A stretch of DNA of 64,000 nt from positions 15,562,001 to 15,626,000 of the forward strand of contig NC_134025.1 in assembly GCF_964204645.1 (NCBI RefSeq), in the 5' to 3' direction. Below the pieces are notes generated by a model. The model made no database searches. It was not told the DNA's origin and worked only from the letters and a program-made list of their open reading frames with translations. Source of the DNA: Tubulanus polymorphus (Eukaryota; Animalia; Nemertea). Shown here piece after piece: positions 1 to 13,261 of the stretch (within the stretch, counting starts at the first letter, position 1; every line of letters begins with the position of its first letter). The position numbers and the translations under genes are program-made.

Positions 1-569
1 GGTGCAGAACATTTTTTTGGGGATTTTAGACATTGACAGTGACAGTTAAATAGGCTTATGACCATAATCAAATGAACTGGTTCCTCATGCTTAGGTCTAG
101 GGAGTTTATATCGGTCAACCTAGTATGTCTAATCAGGTCTAAGACCTTAATCTTAACCAGAATTCCATAGCAGGCAGCCTGTATTCAAGTTTGTGCACTC
201 ATTGCCTGCACTACCTACACTGGCCCTATAGCATTATATGCTGTAGTGCATGCTATATGTGCTGCGCGAAATTGTTAATTAATAACGAATTCTTAAGGCC
301 ATACAGTCCTAGTAGGCCTAATCAAACAAAAATGGTTAAGAGCAATTCAACCATTTCCTCATGTTTACGTTAACTTATCCATCAATCTTTGATGACCAAA
401 AAACCGCTAAACAAATTGCGTTTTTTACTAACGTGAAACTTTGCCTCTACACGTCGTAAATGTCCATGTGGCCCAGGTACACGGGAAGCACCGCATACAA
501 AACCGTGACGTCACACATTTGCGTACTCGTAAAACGAGGTGTCGACACTCTCTGAAATCCTGGAGAATA

Positions 570-919
570 GTGCAATGCCTTATTGTTGAAAAATATCTGC
601 CCATCTTGTTTTGTATATCTTAGATAAATATGCCCTTTCCTACTTTTGGGATTGATAAAAACAACTATAAGTGCCCTTTCTTGTTTTTTTCGAATTGGTT
701 GACAAACGAATGTGCCTTTTTAAATTATCTGCCTAACCCTGTAAAAATTGTGCCCTTGTGATTGATAGGGATGACTACATGTGCCTCTTTTGCTATGGGA
801 AATTTTTTCTTTGGAAAAATTTGAGAAAATTTTCATACGGCAAAAATATGAAAAAGGGCACTTTCACCAAAGGAGGGGTTTGTCCGAAACCCCTCGAAGA
901 CCCCCTATGTACGGGCCAG
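570..919. mobile_element. Right part of a hAT-like non-autonomous element with tgccc subterminal repeats
   Basis: Many tgcc(c/t) motifs ending in ...cccctatgtacgggccag. The left end is not identified. Confidence 0.35.
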
Positions 920-1359
920 GTTTGACTGTACACAAGTCATAGTATACAACTCAAACTGATGCAATATATAAATATATATATATATGATGAGAACGACGTT
1001 GTTTTGAAAGATTTTTGAAATTAAAAGCGCTTTCCGGGTACTTAGAGCGATCTCATGCATGGTCAAGCCCTGAATTATTACAGTGAAAATGTGCCGATGA
1101 GTGCTCACTAAAAATCATCGCAGCATATAATATTTGAAGGCATTCGCCACATACACAGTAGAAGGCCTTTATACATTACTACTGATCCCATGCACCCGCC
1201 TGTCTGCAACGGATCAATAAAAAAACATACACATACACATTGTAGTAGATAGGAAATCAGTGTTGCATATGCATTGAAATGCAAAACGCGACAAAAATCT
1301 CATTCCCGTGTTGTACACGTTTGTAAAAGCAAAGCGGTCTGCATCGTTAATATACTTAC

Positions 1360-1495
1360 ATTGTCAAATGTATATATTGGCGCAGGATGACGCAGACTTA
1401 TTCCAGACCTTGTTTGTTTTGATGCATCATCAGTCACATCAATAGTCCCATCATTTTTGCTAAGTGTGTCGCAATAAAGTTTCATCTCGTCAAAT
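1360..1495 (-). CDS. Host gene candidate exon (last seen in window): (G)FDEMKLYCDTLSKNDGTIDVTDDASKQTRSGISLRHPAPIYTFDN
   Basis: Acceptor atttttag, donor GTAAGT, 136 bp open. It starts in phase 2, matching the phase-2 end of exon 14923-15053 (GG+A = Gly). Confidence 0.75.
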
Positions 1496-2117
1496 CTAAA
1501 AATAAGAGGTTCAGGGAAATCACACCCATGGAGTGAAATGATTGGCAATCAACACACAACATCAATATCACATGCACCTGTTTAACTTCAACTGAAGCCA
1601 ATGACCTTAAACTGAAAGCAATCATAACATATCAGGATCAACAACATAAATACCCGCAAAATAGACGGATATTTTTTCGTAAAAAGCGACCTCCAAAAGG
1701 CAGGTTCACTGTTCAAACCTTCTCAGGATCATCTGTTTAAAACCTTTCTTGCACGTCAGTATGAATTGATGCGTCAGTACATATGACGCGTACCAAAAGT
1801 TGAGTGCTTAATTTGTTTATTGAAAGAGGGCGCATTAGGCCCACTACTTATCTCACATGCCAGTTTTAAACCCAAAACTGTATTAATTGCACCTATGCAT
1901 AGGTGCCATCTTCAGTCTCAGACGCGAACTGACGCCAATCACGTGACCTTTAATTGAAGTCAATCACGTGACCTATTTCTTTCTCACACTCATACCGCAT
2001 CAATAATCATCGATATTACTTTTTTGTCCTTTGTTTATGTTTGTTATATCTGTTCTTCGAAAAATTTGTTTCAATATAATCTGGTACGTTAATTGTTTTC
2101 ATTCGGATCGATAAACT

Positions 2118-2600
2118 AATAAGGTTTTTCTGTTATTTCACAGAAAACCCTATTGATATCCGCGTGATTATTATTATTATTATTTTCTTCCACACTATTT
2201 TTACCAAAAGAACATAGGCTTTGTTACCTTACCGCTGTTTCATATACAATCCATATAATATCGTTCAGCTCACTGAGATCTACAAATAGCCCGCGTGTTT
2301 TTTCACGAATCATCGTTACAAAAGCCCTGTCGGGCCGTAAACATCGAAAATTTAGCCCCATTCAATGGGGCGACATGTTTTTCGAGTCGTCATCCCGAAA
2401 TCAACACGCCGGCCGACTGTCACTTCGATTATCAATTCAAGTATAAATGAACTAATTCATTGCCGCAGACTTCAAATTCAGTCGCGGTCTTCAAACAGTG
2501 ATTTTAACAATAGCCCATTTTCCTCATCAAATCATATTACCGATACACTGGAAATTTACTATTTTAGATTTTAAAAGCACTGTCGAGCCGTAAACATCGA
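2118..2600. repeat. Interspersed repeat end (hairpin ggttttt..gaaaaccc plus ttatta microsatellite), Helentron/HINE-like; second copy at about 33638-33900
   Basis: Near-identical blocks 'aaaaccctattga.atccgcgtgattatt' and 'ccttaccgctgt...atacaatcc' occur at both loci. Confidence 0.55.
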
Positions 2601-3518
2601 CGAATCGACGTGTGTTACTACATCGTCGTTCCGGGGATCAGCTGCGAGTTTCTCCTCATCATGAGAATCAAATCGAGTACAAATTAATTTATTACTACCA
2701 GTGATTTGGCTATGGGTTTCAAGGGGTTAGTATAACAATACCTATTTTTCTTTACCGAATTAACCGTGTATTTACTAAGATAAATCTTTAGTGTACCGGG
2801 GAATCGTAGGCCTAAACTGAACACGCCGAAAAGATATGGCGGAGAAAAGCTGTTATGTCGACGAGGTATCAAAATAAAAGAATATATTACTTTATTCGGC
2901 CGCGAGCTTCAACCTCTATATCAATACCATCAATACTCTATATTTCCTACAGTACATACCGATCATTGTCAAATGCACAAGGTATTTACTAAATACAAGT
3001 ATATAACACACTCCTATCCGTATGCTGGACTCACACTTGACATTCGGAGTAAGCGTTCGCTGTGGGGGAAAGGGATCGTTCGCCGTGTCGCTTGAAGTGT
3101 TTATCGAGTTTGACGCGGCTTTAGGCCTACCGGTACTGAGCTTTACTGTATCAAACAAACACAGTACAATTGTTGCGTTTATTAACGGACTCATTGCATT
3201 GAACTTCAAAACAAAATTTACGATATTTAGGAGGGTTGTTATTCAATAGGCCTACGACCAATCTGTCCGGATGTTAGGCCTACGCATATACATAGGCCTA
3301 CATAGGCTAGTAGCCTCTAGCCTCTACTAGGTTAAGCGTTCGCTGTAGGGGAAAGGAGATCGTTCGCTATGTTGCTTGAAGTCTTTATCGAGTTTTACGT
3401 GACCTTAAGGCTTTAGTATGGTGGCTGATAAGGGCCATGCGAAAAAAAACACTTATATGCAAATGAGGGCGACATTATGACAATACGACAAAACTAAAAT
3501 AACGCGACAAAACAATAA

Positions 3519-4663
3519 TTTTGGTTTTGTCACCCGTGACAATTCATTATTTCGGTTTTATCGCCCGCGACAACTCATTATTTTGAATTTATCGCCCGCG
3601 ACAATTCATTAATTTGGTTTTGTCACCCGCGACAAATCAATATGTTGGTTTTGTCACCCACGACAATTCAATATTTTGGTTTTGTCGCCCGCGACAATTC
3701 ATTATTTTGGTTTTATCGCCCGCGACAATTCATTATTTTGGTTTTGTCGCACGCGACAATTCATTATTTTGGTTTTATCGCCCGCGACAATTTTTTTTTT
3801 GTCGCGGTTTTATCGCCTGCGACAATTCATTATTTGGTTTTATCGCCCGCAACAATTCATTAGTTTGGTTTTGTCGCCCGCGACAATTCAATATTTTGGT
3901 TTTGTCGCCCACGACAATTCAAGATTTTGGTTTTATCGCCCGCGACAATTAAATATTTTGGTTTTATCGCCCGCGACAATTCATTATTTTGGTTTTGTCA
4001 CCCGCGACAAATCAATATTTTGGTTTTGTCGCCCGCGACAATTCAATATTTTGGTTTTATCGCCAGCGACAATTGATTATTTTGGTTTTATCGCCCAGAA
4101 CAATTGATTATTTTGGTTTTATCGCCGGCAACAATTCATTAATTTGGTTTTGTCACCCGCGACAAATCAATATTTTGGTTTTGTCGCCCACGACAATTCA
4201 ATATTTTGGGTTTATCGCCCGCGACAATTCATTATTTTGGTTTTATCGCCTGCGACAATTCATTGTTTTGGTTTTGTCGCACGCCACAATTCATTATTTT
4301 GGTTTTATCGCCCGCGACAATTTTTTTTTTGTCCCGGTTTTATCGCCTGCGACACTTCAATATTTTGGTTTTATCACCTGCGACAATTCAATACTTTGGT
4401 TTTATCGCCAGCGACAATTCATTATTTTGGTTTCATCGCCCGCGACAATTCATTATTTTGGTTTTATCGCCCGCGACAATTCAATATTTTGGTTTTGTCC
4501 CACGCGACAATTCAATATTTTGGTTTTATCGCCAGCGACAATTCATTATTTTGGTTTTATCGCCTGCGACAATTCATTATTTTGGTTTTATCGCCCGCAA
4601 CAATTCATTAGTTTGGTTTTGTCGCCCGCGACAATTCAACATTTTGGTTTTGTCGCCCGCGAC
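3519..4663. repeat. Tandem minisatellite, unit about 31 bp (ttttggttttatcgcccgcgacaattcatta)
   Basis: Directly visible array of roughly 35 units. It explains the repetitive ORFs in all three + frames. Confidence 0.97.
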
Positions 4664-4769
4664 AGTACCGCGAGGATCGCATCGCGTCACAAGGTTGACC
4701 TACGTCCAGCTTTAAGTTACTGCGGAGCCCCGGAAATAACTTTTTTTTCGGTCAAAAGGCCTTTTGCTT

Positions 4770-5262
4770 GAAAATTCTTTCGTCAGAACAAAATTTATTT
4801 TTTTCGAACCAATAATATTTTGTTCGATTAAACCAATTTGAAAAAAATCGAAAGAACGAAGTTGAAGAAACTTTTTTTCCAAACGAAAGGTTTTTCGAAC
4901 AGAATCATTTTAATTTGAACAGAATTTTCTTGTCAGAACATTAAGTTATTCGTTCGAACAAGTATATTGTAAAAAGTTTTTTCTCCGAACCGAAAGTATT
5001 AAGTATTTCGTTCAATCGAACAGAATCGTTTTCATTCAAACATTCGTTCGAAAAACATTGTTTTCGCTCAACCAAATTTTTTTTTACCGGGACAAAAAGT
5101 TTTTCATTCCAACAATAACATAGCTTTTTATTCAAACACATTTTTTTGTCAGAATGAAGAAAATTTTTGGTTCAAACAAAAAGCGTATTGTTCGATCAAA
5201 CAGAATTGTTTTCATTCGAACAAGATTTTCTTGTCGGAACATTAAGTTTTTTGGTCGAACGG
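4770..5262. repeat. Degenerate short-period repeat (ttcgaac/agaac motifs)
   Basis: Recurring ttttc..cgaacagaa motifs directly after the 31-bp array. Confidence 0.55.
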
Positions 5263-5269
5263 CGTGTTA

Positions 5270-5660
5270 AGGTCGTTTTGGAAATTTACTCGGTCTGGTA
5301 CATTTTGGATTTCTGTGTATGTTATTTGTTAGGAAATTAAACAGAAGACAACTCAGGATACTACCATGCGTGACTCCACTAGTTAGATCGACTTATTCCA
5401 AGATGAGGTGTTCCGTTGATTTCGGCTACAAGTTTTCGTTCAGAGATAACTGCTGAGCCATTTGAGCGACCTATCATGGATACTGATTCCTAATAGCCTG
5501 TTTAGTAATGGTTGATGTTGTGCATTATCAAATGCTTCGTCGAAATCCACCGTTGAACAGGATTCTAAAACTGTGCAGAGAACCCGTTATCGCTGCTTTG
5601 CAGCTATATTTTTGAATTTGAATTCGTCAAGTCTGTGATGACTTGCATATTGCGTACAGT
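5270..5660 (-). mobile_element. Decayed CR1/L2-type LINE reverse transcriptase fragment
   Basis: Translates to DFDEAFDNAQHQPLLNRL...LKWLSSYL...TSGVTHGSILSCLLF (DFxKAFD and SGVPQGS motifs). Same family as 18290-18740. Confidence 0.7.
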
Positions 5661-5875
5661 GCGCCCTTTTAGATTATATGCTCTGCTGACGACGACGAGG
5701 AAAGTGAGTATGTGAATTTGAAATTAATAGGCCCAAGTTGCGGACCGCGGATAACAAGCTAGGGGCCAGGGCTAGGCCTAGGCCAATCCACACTGTATTC
5801 TGATTTTTATAGACATGCGGGTTTGAATATAGCCTTATGTCTATTCCAACTTGATTTGAGATCACATCAGGTGAC

Positions 5876-6250
5876 CTAATGTCTATTTCAACTTGACTTG
5901 AGAGCATTCCAGGTGGCCTAGCTCAGTAAGTTTTGGAGGGACATACCTGATAGAAACATTGATTTTCAATCCTTTCTTCACTTTAATGTTTAACAATATG
6001 TTTCCATGACTACTAACTGAAATTTGGTTTTTAGGCATGGAAACATATTGTTAAACTTTCAAATCATGGAGTCCCTTTTCTCTCATGAACCCCTTTCAAT
6101 GCAGACTTTATGCAATCTCTGCAATGAAGTGAAAAATGGATTAGAAATCATTTAGGTCCACTGCCAGTGCTTCTATCAGGTATGTACCTCCAAAACTGAC
6201 TGAGCTAGGCCACCTGGAATGCTTTCAAGTCAAGTTGAAATAGATATTAG
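5876..6250. mobile_element. Foldback/MITE with about 80-bp terminal inverted arms and nested internal palindromes
   Basis: 5876-5958 is approximately the reverse complement of 6172-6250. Inner IR: tttaacaatatgtttccatg / catggaaacatattgttaaa. Confidence 0.8.
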
Positions 6251-7199
6251 CACGGTCAGAGTTGATGGTAGTCAGTAACCTGTATGTGGTTTAGTTTCAT
6301 GCTTACCACCAACGATTAGGTAACTAAGTTGATGATACATACCCGATTAAAGCCTTTAGGTCAGGACCAGCAGAAAGGAATGGCAGTTAACCCACTAACA
6401 AACCGGCTCCGGTTAGGGCCACGCCTACCTACGCTTATGGGCTAGGGTTAAGTGAGGCTATTGATAAACTTTCAACCAGCTAGCAGTTATGTAATGTAAC
6501 TCACTGGGCAGTATACTATTTTTTCGTTTGGTTTCGAATCCCAATATCAAAGTCTGAAATCCACTGTATAAAGGCATATGGGACCCTACTCCATGATCGC
6601 AGCTGTTGCACTCCGTTTACAAACTCCGTAAACATAGCCGTGTCGTTATCCTAAAGTACTGATTGGTAATCCATTTTAAACTGGTTGAAGGATAATCCAA
6701 AAGTCTGGAAGCTTACCTCCTTTAGCCTGTTCATAATATTAACATAAGCAGGCTATACTTACGCCGTGATGATGTTAGGCTACCTCCTGTTTTTGAAGGA
6801 AAATCATTGAAACCATCATACGTAAGGCCTTCTTACGAGTCTAGGTCTTCATAGCAAAGAATCTTGAGCTGAAGATTCACAAGTCTGACTGGAACTATTT
6901 CCTTTTTCAGGTGATCATAGTTATGCCAAGACGAAAGACACCAGCCCAAGTGGCCAGAGATTTCATAAAATGTGGGGCGGACCCCTAAAATGTTTTTGTA
7001 GAAAGGTTGACGCTAAAATAGGTAAGACTTTCCGGAACCTGTGCATGATACTATGGCAGCAGTTGACCTAAGTACTGTGCGCATGATGTACAATAGAATT
7101 TTTTTAACAATACAACTTTGACAACGATCGTAAATCGTCAACTAAAGAAATTAATTGACACAAATCAGTTCCCCAAACTTTCCCTCTATTTATTTTTCG

Positions 7200-7390
7200 A
7201 AGCTCTACCAAATCCATGCATGTTAGGCTTAAAAACTACCTCGCCCACTGGCTGGGAAATACGGTAATGTATTGTGGTAGTGAATTTCCAAGTTTTAATA
7301 TGCCAAGTTTTAATAAGGTCGCCTTTGATTCTTTCGTGCCCCAGAACGTTTAGGCAATCTATATTTTCTTGCTCCATTTTATCAATTGTC
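7200..7390 (-). mobile_element. CR1/L2 LINE 3' coding fragment
   Basis: LGHERIKGDLIKTW resembles the RRxRGDLIxxyK motif. Confidence 0.45.
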
Positions 7391-8613
7391 CCGCTTAGGA
7401 CTTATCGTCCGTTTGTCCATAGATGGAATCTAGTTATATTGGGAAGTTTTGAAGTCCTAAGTACACAAAGACCCGAAAGAAACATATCTACAGTACTTTA
7501 TATCTTTTAAGTGAATCATACTGAGTATCTAGTGATGCATATAAAAGTCAGTAAGACTCTCTAGAAAAGATATATTCTTTGCATTTTCTTACTAAATTAT
7601 ATGGAATATTCAGTCGTAAATGACCTCCTCTACAGTAAAGTTTGATTGTTGAAACCTTGCAGAAAACAGGCAAAATCGAACTGTATTGTATTAGATACGC
7701 ATATGAGCTTGATTCAATCTTTTTCTGCTGTAAGCAGTCTTCTAGTGGCAGTTTTTTGGGAAAATGTCCAGAAGCAATTCTCTTTATCAACTTTAATGCG
7801 TGTTCAGTAATCGATATCTAACTCCGCTGATTTATTTTTCAGTACCGATACACGTCGATGAATGTGCATGTTAGCTGTGCCGCTGATGTACCTGCTGGAT
7901 CAAGTGACGAACACCAATGCCAAAAAATCGTCTCGGTAAGCTGCTGTTTAACTTGAATTATACAGAGCTTTAATTAAGGTCTAATGTAGACAAGCTTCTC
8001 CATATATATAAGAGCCCTTGTACAAAACAACTTTTAGGATGTCGATGGTTACCTTGCATTTTTCTAATCATTATGATTGAAAGTTTAGTTCCGTTTGTAG
8101 ATATTTTCTAGTACTGAAAGACTTGTACGAAAAGTTGAAATTTATAAAAGTCCCCTAGTACAGAAAGACCCCTTAGACAAGATATGTTCTATGCATTTTC
8201 TTACTAAATGATATAGGATATTTAGTGTATGACCTCTTCTACAGTAAAGATAGATTCTTGAAACCAATCAATACCTTGCACTTTACTAATCATTATGACA
8301 GTGTTTAGTTCTGTTAGTGGATACGGCCTAGTACAGAAAGACTCATTTGAACAAATTAATACTTTTTTATCATGACAACTGAGACTGAGTACCCACTTGT
8401 GCAGAAAATCCTGTTAGAAAAATGTCTACTGATCTCATTTTTTTTCCAGTAAATGTGTCCATTGACTGAGTGTTTTGATGACATATACAAATGACCCTAA
8501 GTACACAAAGTCTCACTCAAATGCACTGAGAATCTTCAGACCTTTCACAAACCAAAACGAAATTGGTAAGGTATCTTCTATGTGGTTGTGATAGTGATAA
8601 TGATATTTTAAGG

Positions 8614-10603
8614 AACTAGGGGTCCAGGGACACCATGCCCACTTGGGAAGTGGTTTCAAATGCTCAACAATCTAACAATTTCAATATTCAATGCCCCCCT
8701 GGTGACCATATACAAAAACCAATGACCTTGAAACTCACCACAATCATAGAATATGTCAGCAGCTATGATTTTGAAATTGATTGTGATAACAATATATGCT
8801 TCGTATAGACTACAACATGAGCTACAACTTTGCAATTGATTGTGGTAACAAAATATGTGTAGGTACAAATATAATATAGAAATACCAAATTATTGTATTA
8901 TTCAACGCCCCCTGTTGACCATATGCAAAACCCAATGACCTTGAAACTCACCACAATCATAGAACATGTCATGAACTACAACTTTGCAATTGATCATGGT
9001 AACAAAATATCCCTTGGAACCAATCTAATAAGGAAATACCAAGTTCTACTATTCAACGCCCCCTGTGTCACGAGTAATGTGACCGGATGCCTCAATACAA
9101 AAAAATACGGAAGCCGGATTTCAAAAACGAATATAAATTTATCACACTATGTACATCAGATTCATAATTCGTACAACGAAGAATAAGAATACTCGGCACT
9201 GGCTACCGACGAACGACGAACGATGATGAATTAGACACTCGGCACTGGCAACCGACGAACGACGAACGATGATGAATTAGACACTCGGCACTTGCAACTG
9301 ACGAACGACGAACGGAACGACGAACGATGAATTAGACACTCGGCACTGGCAGCCGACGAACGACGAACGATGAATTAGACACTCGGCACTGGCAGCCGAC
9401 GACGAACAAGATATTCGGCACTGGCAGCTGACGAACAAAACACGCGGCGCTGGCAGCCGACGATTACGATATCGGTTGAGTACCCACCATTACGGGTCGA
9501 TACCGGACCGGCACTTGCCGCCGGAAACTAGTATACCATCGTACACTAAACACTATAAAATATAAGCCCACGACGCGACCACAGGGCGAAATGCCTTTAA
9601 CAAATCGAACCAAGCAAATATATAATACCCATTATTGTAACGGGTCAAAGAATATGAAAGACATCGGCAGAGTGAAGGATATAAACTACCCTACCGAGTT
9701 ACACGAAACGCATTCGGTCGTGACAGCCTGGTGACCATATAGAATAACTTATGTCCTTGAAACTCACCACAATCATAGACGATGTCATGAGCTACAACTT
9801 TGTAATTGATTGTGGTAACAAAATATGCGTAGGTACAATACAGTAATACTATAATAGGCCTATAGAAATACTAAGTTATTGTATTATTCAATGCCCCCTG
9901 GTGGCCGTATACAAAAAGCAATGACCTTGAAACTGACCAAATTCATAGAAAACGTTATGAGCTGCAACTTTAAAATACAATGTGGTGACGCTTAGGTATC
10001 AATATAATGTGGAAAAACTTTTTCCCACCTACGAATGAGTACTGATGACGCCAAGATGGCTGCAAATTGCGCCATAATTGGCTGATAAAAAATACATGTC
10101 TCAGGTATAAAACATCCCTTTCCAAAGAATACCCATCACAAATTGCAATGAGAAATGGCAAACCAGTAGGAAGCTACAGGACTCAGAATTTGGGTCAAAA
10201 TTTACATTTTTGGCCACTAAAAAGGTCATAGGACGGCCATCTTTAGTCCGATCGACCCAATTTTTCTTATGTTGATGGGCCCTTGGGGGATTCAAATATA
10301 TACGCACAATCAAGGTAATTGATAAAAGCGTCTTCAAAATTCCTCGAAAACTTCAAAAATGTGTAAAGTGCTGATTTTGGCGAAACAACAATGGCTGCCA
10401 GTAGGCCATCTTGAATCTGACAGGGCCAGTTTTTGGCCTGAAGATGTGTCTAGGGTAGATACATGTATAAACCAAATATCAAGACATTACCTAGAAGTGT
10501 CTTCAAAACTTCCCAAAATAACTGCATTCCGTCTACGGACGGACGACGGACGAAAAGTGAACGCAAAAGCCCGCTGGGACTAAAGTCCCAAGTGAGCTAA
10601 AAA
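8614..10603 (+). mobile_element. HINE/Helentron-associated non-autonomous element, copy 1 (contains a solo-LTR insertion)
   Basis: 5' aactaggggtcc, subterminal IR cccacttggga / tcccaagtg, about 154-bp tandem core, (acgg) microsatellite, 3' hairpin gggactaaagtccc, A-rich flanks. Confidence 0.85.
9066..9725. mobile_element. Solo LTR-like insertion (660 bp) with internal tandem repeats of about 45 bp
   Basis: Termini TGTCACGA...TCGTGACA, flanks ccctg/gcctg. It splits the host motif ttcaacgccccctg|gtgacc. Confidence 0.8.
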
Positions 10604-10969
10604 TATATGTCTTTAGTTTTATTACTTGCCCTTCAGGTAGTTTATTCAACAGATGTACAAATGAATTTTTAAATGGAAATCTTGTGGGAAGTAACACTTG
10701 TAAGATTTATTGCAGGATCACCAGTCAAAGCAGAAAATTTACCGTCAAAAAGGAAGAAAGAGTTTTTTTATCCAAGACCATCAAAATATCTGAATACAGG
10801 AAACTACCCAGATAATGTCAGAAATACAGTGATAAATTACTGCATTACTTCGAACAAAGAGCCATCCGTTTCCAAAAACTGATCTTAAGACTGCAATATA
10901 TGATCATGACTATCTACCAGTTGCTTATAGTCAGTATTGGGTCCACCATACTAACAAGGTAGACTTATG

Positions 10970-12250
10970 AACTAGGGGTCCAGGGACACCATGCCCACTT
11001 GGGAAGTGGTTTCAAATGCTCAACAATCTAACAATTTCAATATTCAACGCCCCCTGGTGACCATTTACAAAAACCAATGACCTTGAAACTCACCACAATC
11101 ATAGAACATGTCAGCAGCTACGATTTTGTAATTGATTGTGATAACAAAATATGCCTCGTTACCAATTTAATATGGAAATACTAAGTCATTTTACTATTCA
11201 ACGCCCCCTGGTGACCATATTCAAAACCCAATGACCTCGAAACTCACCACAATCATATAACATGTCATGGACTACAACTTTGCAATTGATAATGGTAACA
11301 AAATATGCCTAGGTACCAATATAATAAGGAAATACTAAGTTATTCTACTATTCAACGCCCCCTGGTGACCATATAGAAAAACTAATGTCCTTAAAACTCG
11401 CAACAATCATAGATGATGTCATGAGCTACAACTTTCCAATTGATTGTGGTTACAAAATATGCATAGGTACGAATATAATAAAGAAATGCTAAGATATTGT
11501 ATTATTCAACGCCCCCTGGTGGCCATATACAAAATCCAATTACCTTGAAACTCACCACAATCATAGAACACGTTATGAGCTACAACTTTCTAATTGATTG
11601 TGGTAGCAAAATACGCTTAGGTATCAATATAATGTGGAAAAACTTTTTCCCACTTACGAATGAGTACTGGTGACACAAAGATGGCCGCCAATTGCGTCAT
11701 AATTGGCTGATGAAAAATACCTGTCTCAGGTATAAAACATCCCTTTCCATAGAATACCAATCACAAATTGCAATGAGAAATGGCAAACCAGTAGGAAGCT
11801 ACAGGACTCAGAATTCGGGCCAAAATTAACATTTTTGGGCACTAAAAAGGTCATAGGACGGCCATCTTGAGTCCGACCAACCCAATTTTTGTTATGTTGA
11901 TGGGCCCTGGGGGGATTCACATATATCCGAAAGACCAAGGTAATTGATCAAAGCGTCTTCAAAATTTCCCTCAAAAAGTTCAAAAATGTATAAAAAGTGC
12001 TGATTTTGGCGAACAACAATGGCTGCTAGTCGGCCATCTTTATTCTGACAGGGCCAGTTTTTGGGCTGAAGATGTTTCTAGGGTAGATACATGTGTAACC
12101 CAAATATCAAGACATTACCTTGAAGCGTCTTCAAAACTTCCCAAAATAACTGGATTCCGTCTACGGACGGACGGATGCTACGACGGACGAACGACGGACG
12201 AAAAGTGAACGCAATAGCCCGCTGGGACTAAAGTCTCAAGTGGGATAAAA
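10970..12250 (+). mobile_element. HINE-like element, copy 2 (apparently complete)
   Basis: Same termini as copy 1. The anchor ttcaacgcccc occurs at 11043, 11197, 11351 and 11505, giving a 154-bp period. Confidence 0.9.
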
Positions 12251-12379
12251 ATAGGCATTTTCCTCGTAAAAATTTAATTACTTGCAATAGGGAAGGGGCA
12301 TCATTTAGCCTCATACCTTGGAGGAACATGAAATAACTATAATAATTTGAAAACTCATTGAGGCATTCGTCTTTTATCA

Positions 12380-12890
12380 ACAGCTATCTGAAGTGGAAGC
12401 ACAGAGACTTGAAAAAAAAAAACAAAAGGGCAAAGCGACTGTAAACTGTGGCACTCAGAACGATCATGGCGTCTAACGGCTTCAAATTTTGGTGAAATCG
12501 TGAAAGCTACTCACAGGAAAAACAAACTAAAATTTGCAGAAAGATTGATAAATCCAACGCCATTTAATTCTCCAGCCATTATTCATGGGAAGATATATGA
12601 AGCCAAAGCGATAAGAAAGTTTGAAAAGTTGAAAAACATTAATGTCGTTCCTGCTGGACTTTTTGTTCAACCAGATATTACGTTTTTAGAAGCCAGCCCC
12701 GATGGGCTTATTGGGGAGGATACTATTATTGAAGTAAAGTGTCCTTTTGTTGCCAGAAACTCGAAAATAGTAGCCAGAGAAAGGGTATTCAAGTTTCTAG
12801 AAAAAATCGAATTTGGTATGAGGTTAAAGGGAAACCACAATTACTACCATCAGGTCCAGGGCCAACTTTATCTTTCAAAGCAAAAAACTT
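12380..12890 (+). pseudogene. YqaJ/lambda-exonuclease domain (ISL2EU second ORF); upstream exon relics at about 8450-8566 and 10717-10960
   Basis: Motifs TKGQS..W..ER..RLTASNFG, IHGKIYE, LEASPDGL, IEVKCP, HNYYHQVQGQL. Upstream relics include CTENLQTFHKP, YPRP..Y...VRN.VINY and DHDYL. Confidence 0.85.
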
Positions 12891-13261
12891 TTTGGTGGTT
12901 TCCCTCTTTTTTTGTGATGAGAAATTGAAAAAAAACAAGCTTTCCAAATTGTCCAGATCCGTTGAGGAATTGATGGGGGGGGGTTGGAAGGTTTGCTGTG
13001 TCTGGCAGTATGTTTCGGCTCACAATAGTATTTTAGCATGCGACGGTACTTCGGCAAAGAATTTCGTTATATGCTGCCATCTGGTATTGCCAATATAAAC
13101 TAGTGTGTAAAAATAACCAGTTCGTGCTGCCATCTAGAATTGAAACAAGGCTGTTGAGGAAATCATGCTGGGAACCCCCACTTTGAGTTTAGTGCCTATG
13201 TTGAAGTTTAGCTGCAATTTCAGTAATTAACAGAAATTTATTTCAAAAGTCCCGCTTTTTT

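Noticed and set aside
3614-4771. Long overlapping ORFs up to 260 aa; also a superficial CRISPR-like periodicity
   Set aside because: These are products of a 31-bp tandem repeat. There are no unique spacers and no cas genes.
5340-5384. ...ctagtt taken as a Helentron-type terminus closing the element that starts at 2118, matching 18692
   Set aside because: The sequence encodes the LINE RT motif TSGVxQGS and lies within paralogous RT fragments.
9190-9460. Repeat-spacer-like array
   Set aside because: The intervening parts are themselves gacgaac repeats. It is a minisatellite within an LTR-like insertion.
10101-11938. Repeated 70-78 aa ORFs (also at 35269)
   Set aside because: Chance ORFs in the non-coding body of HINE copies, with differing starts and stops.
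12500-12928. YqaJ as evidence of a phage or horizontal transfer from bacteria
   Set aside because: It has spliceosomal-type exon pieces and is paired with a THAP-DDE transposase, as is established for eukaryotic ISL2EU elements.
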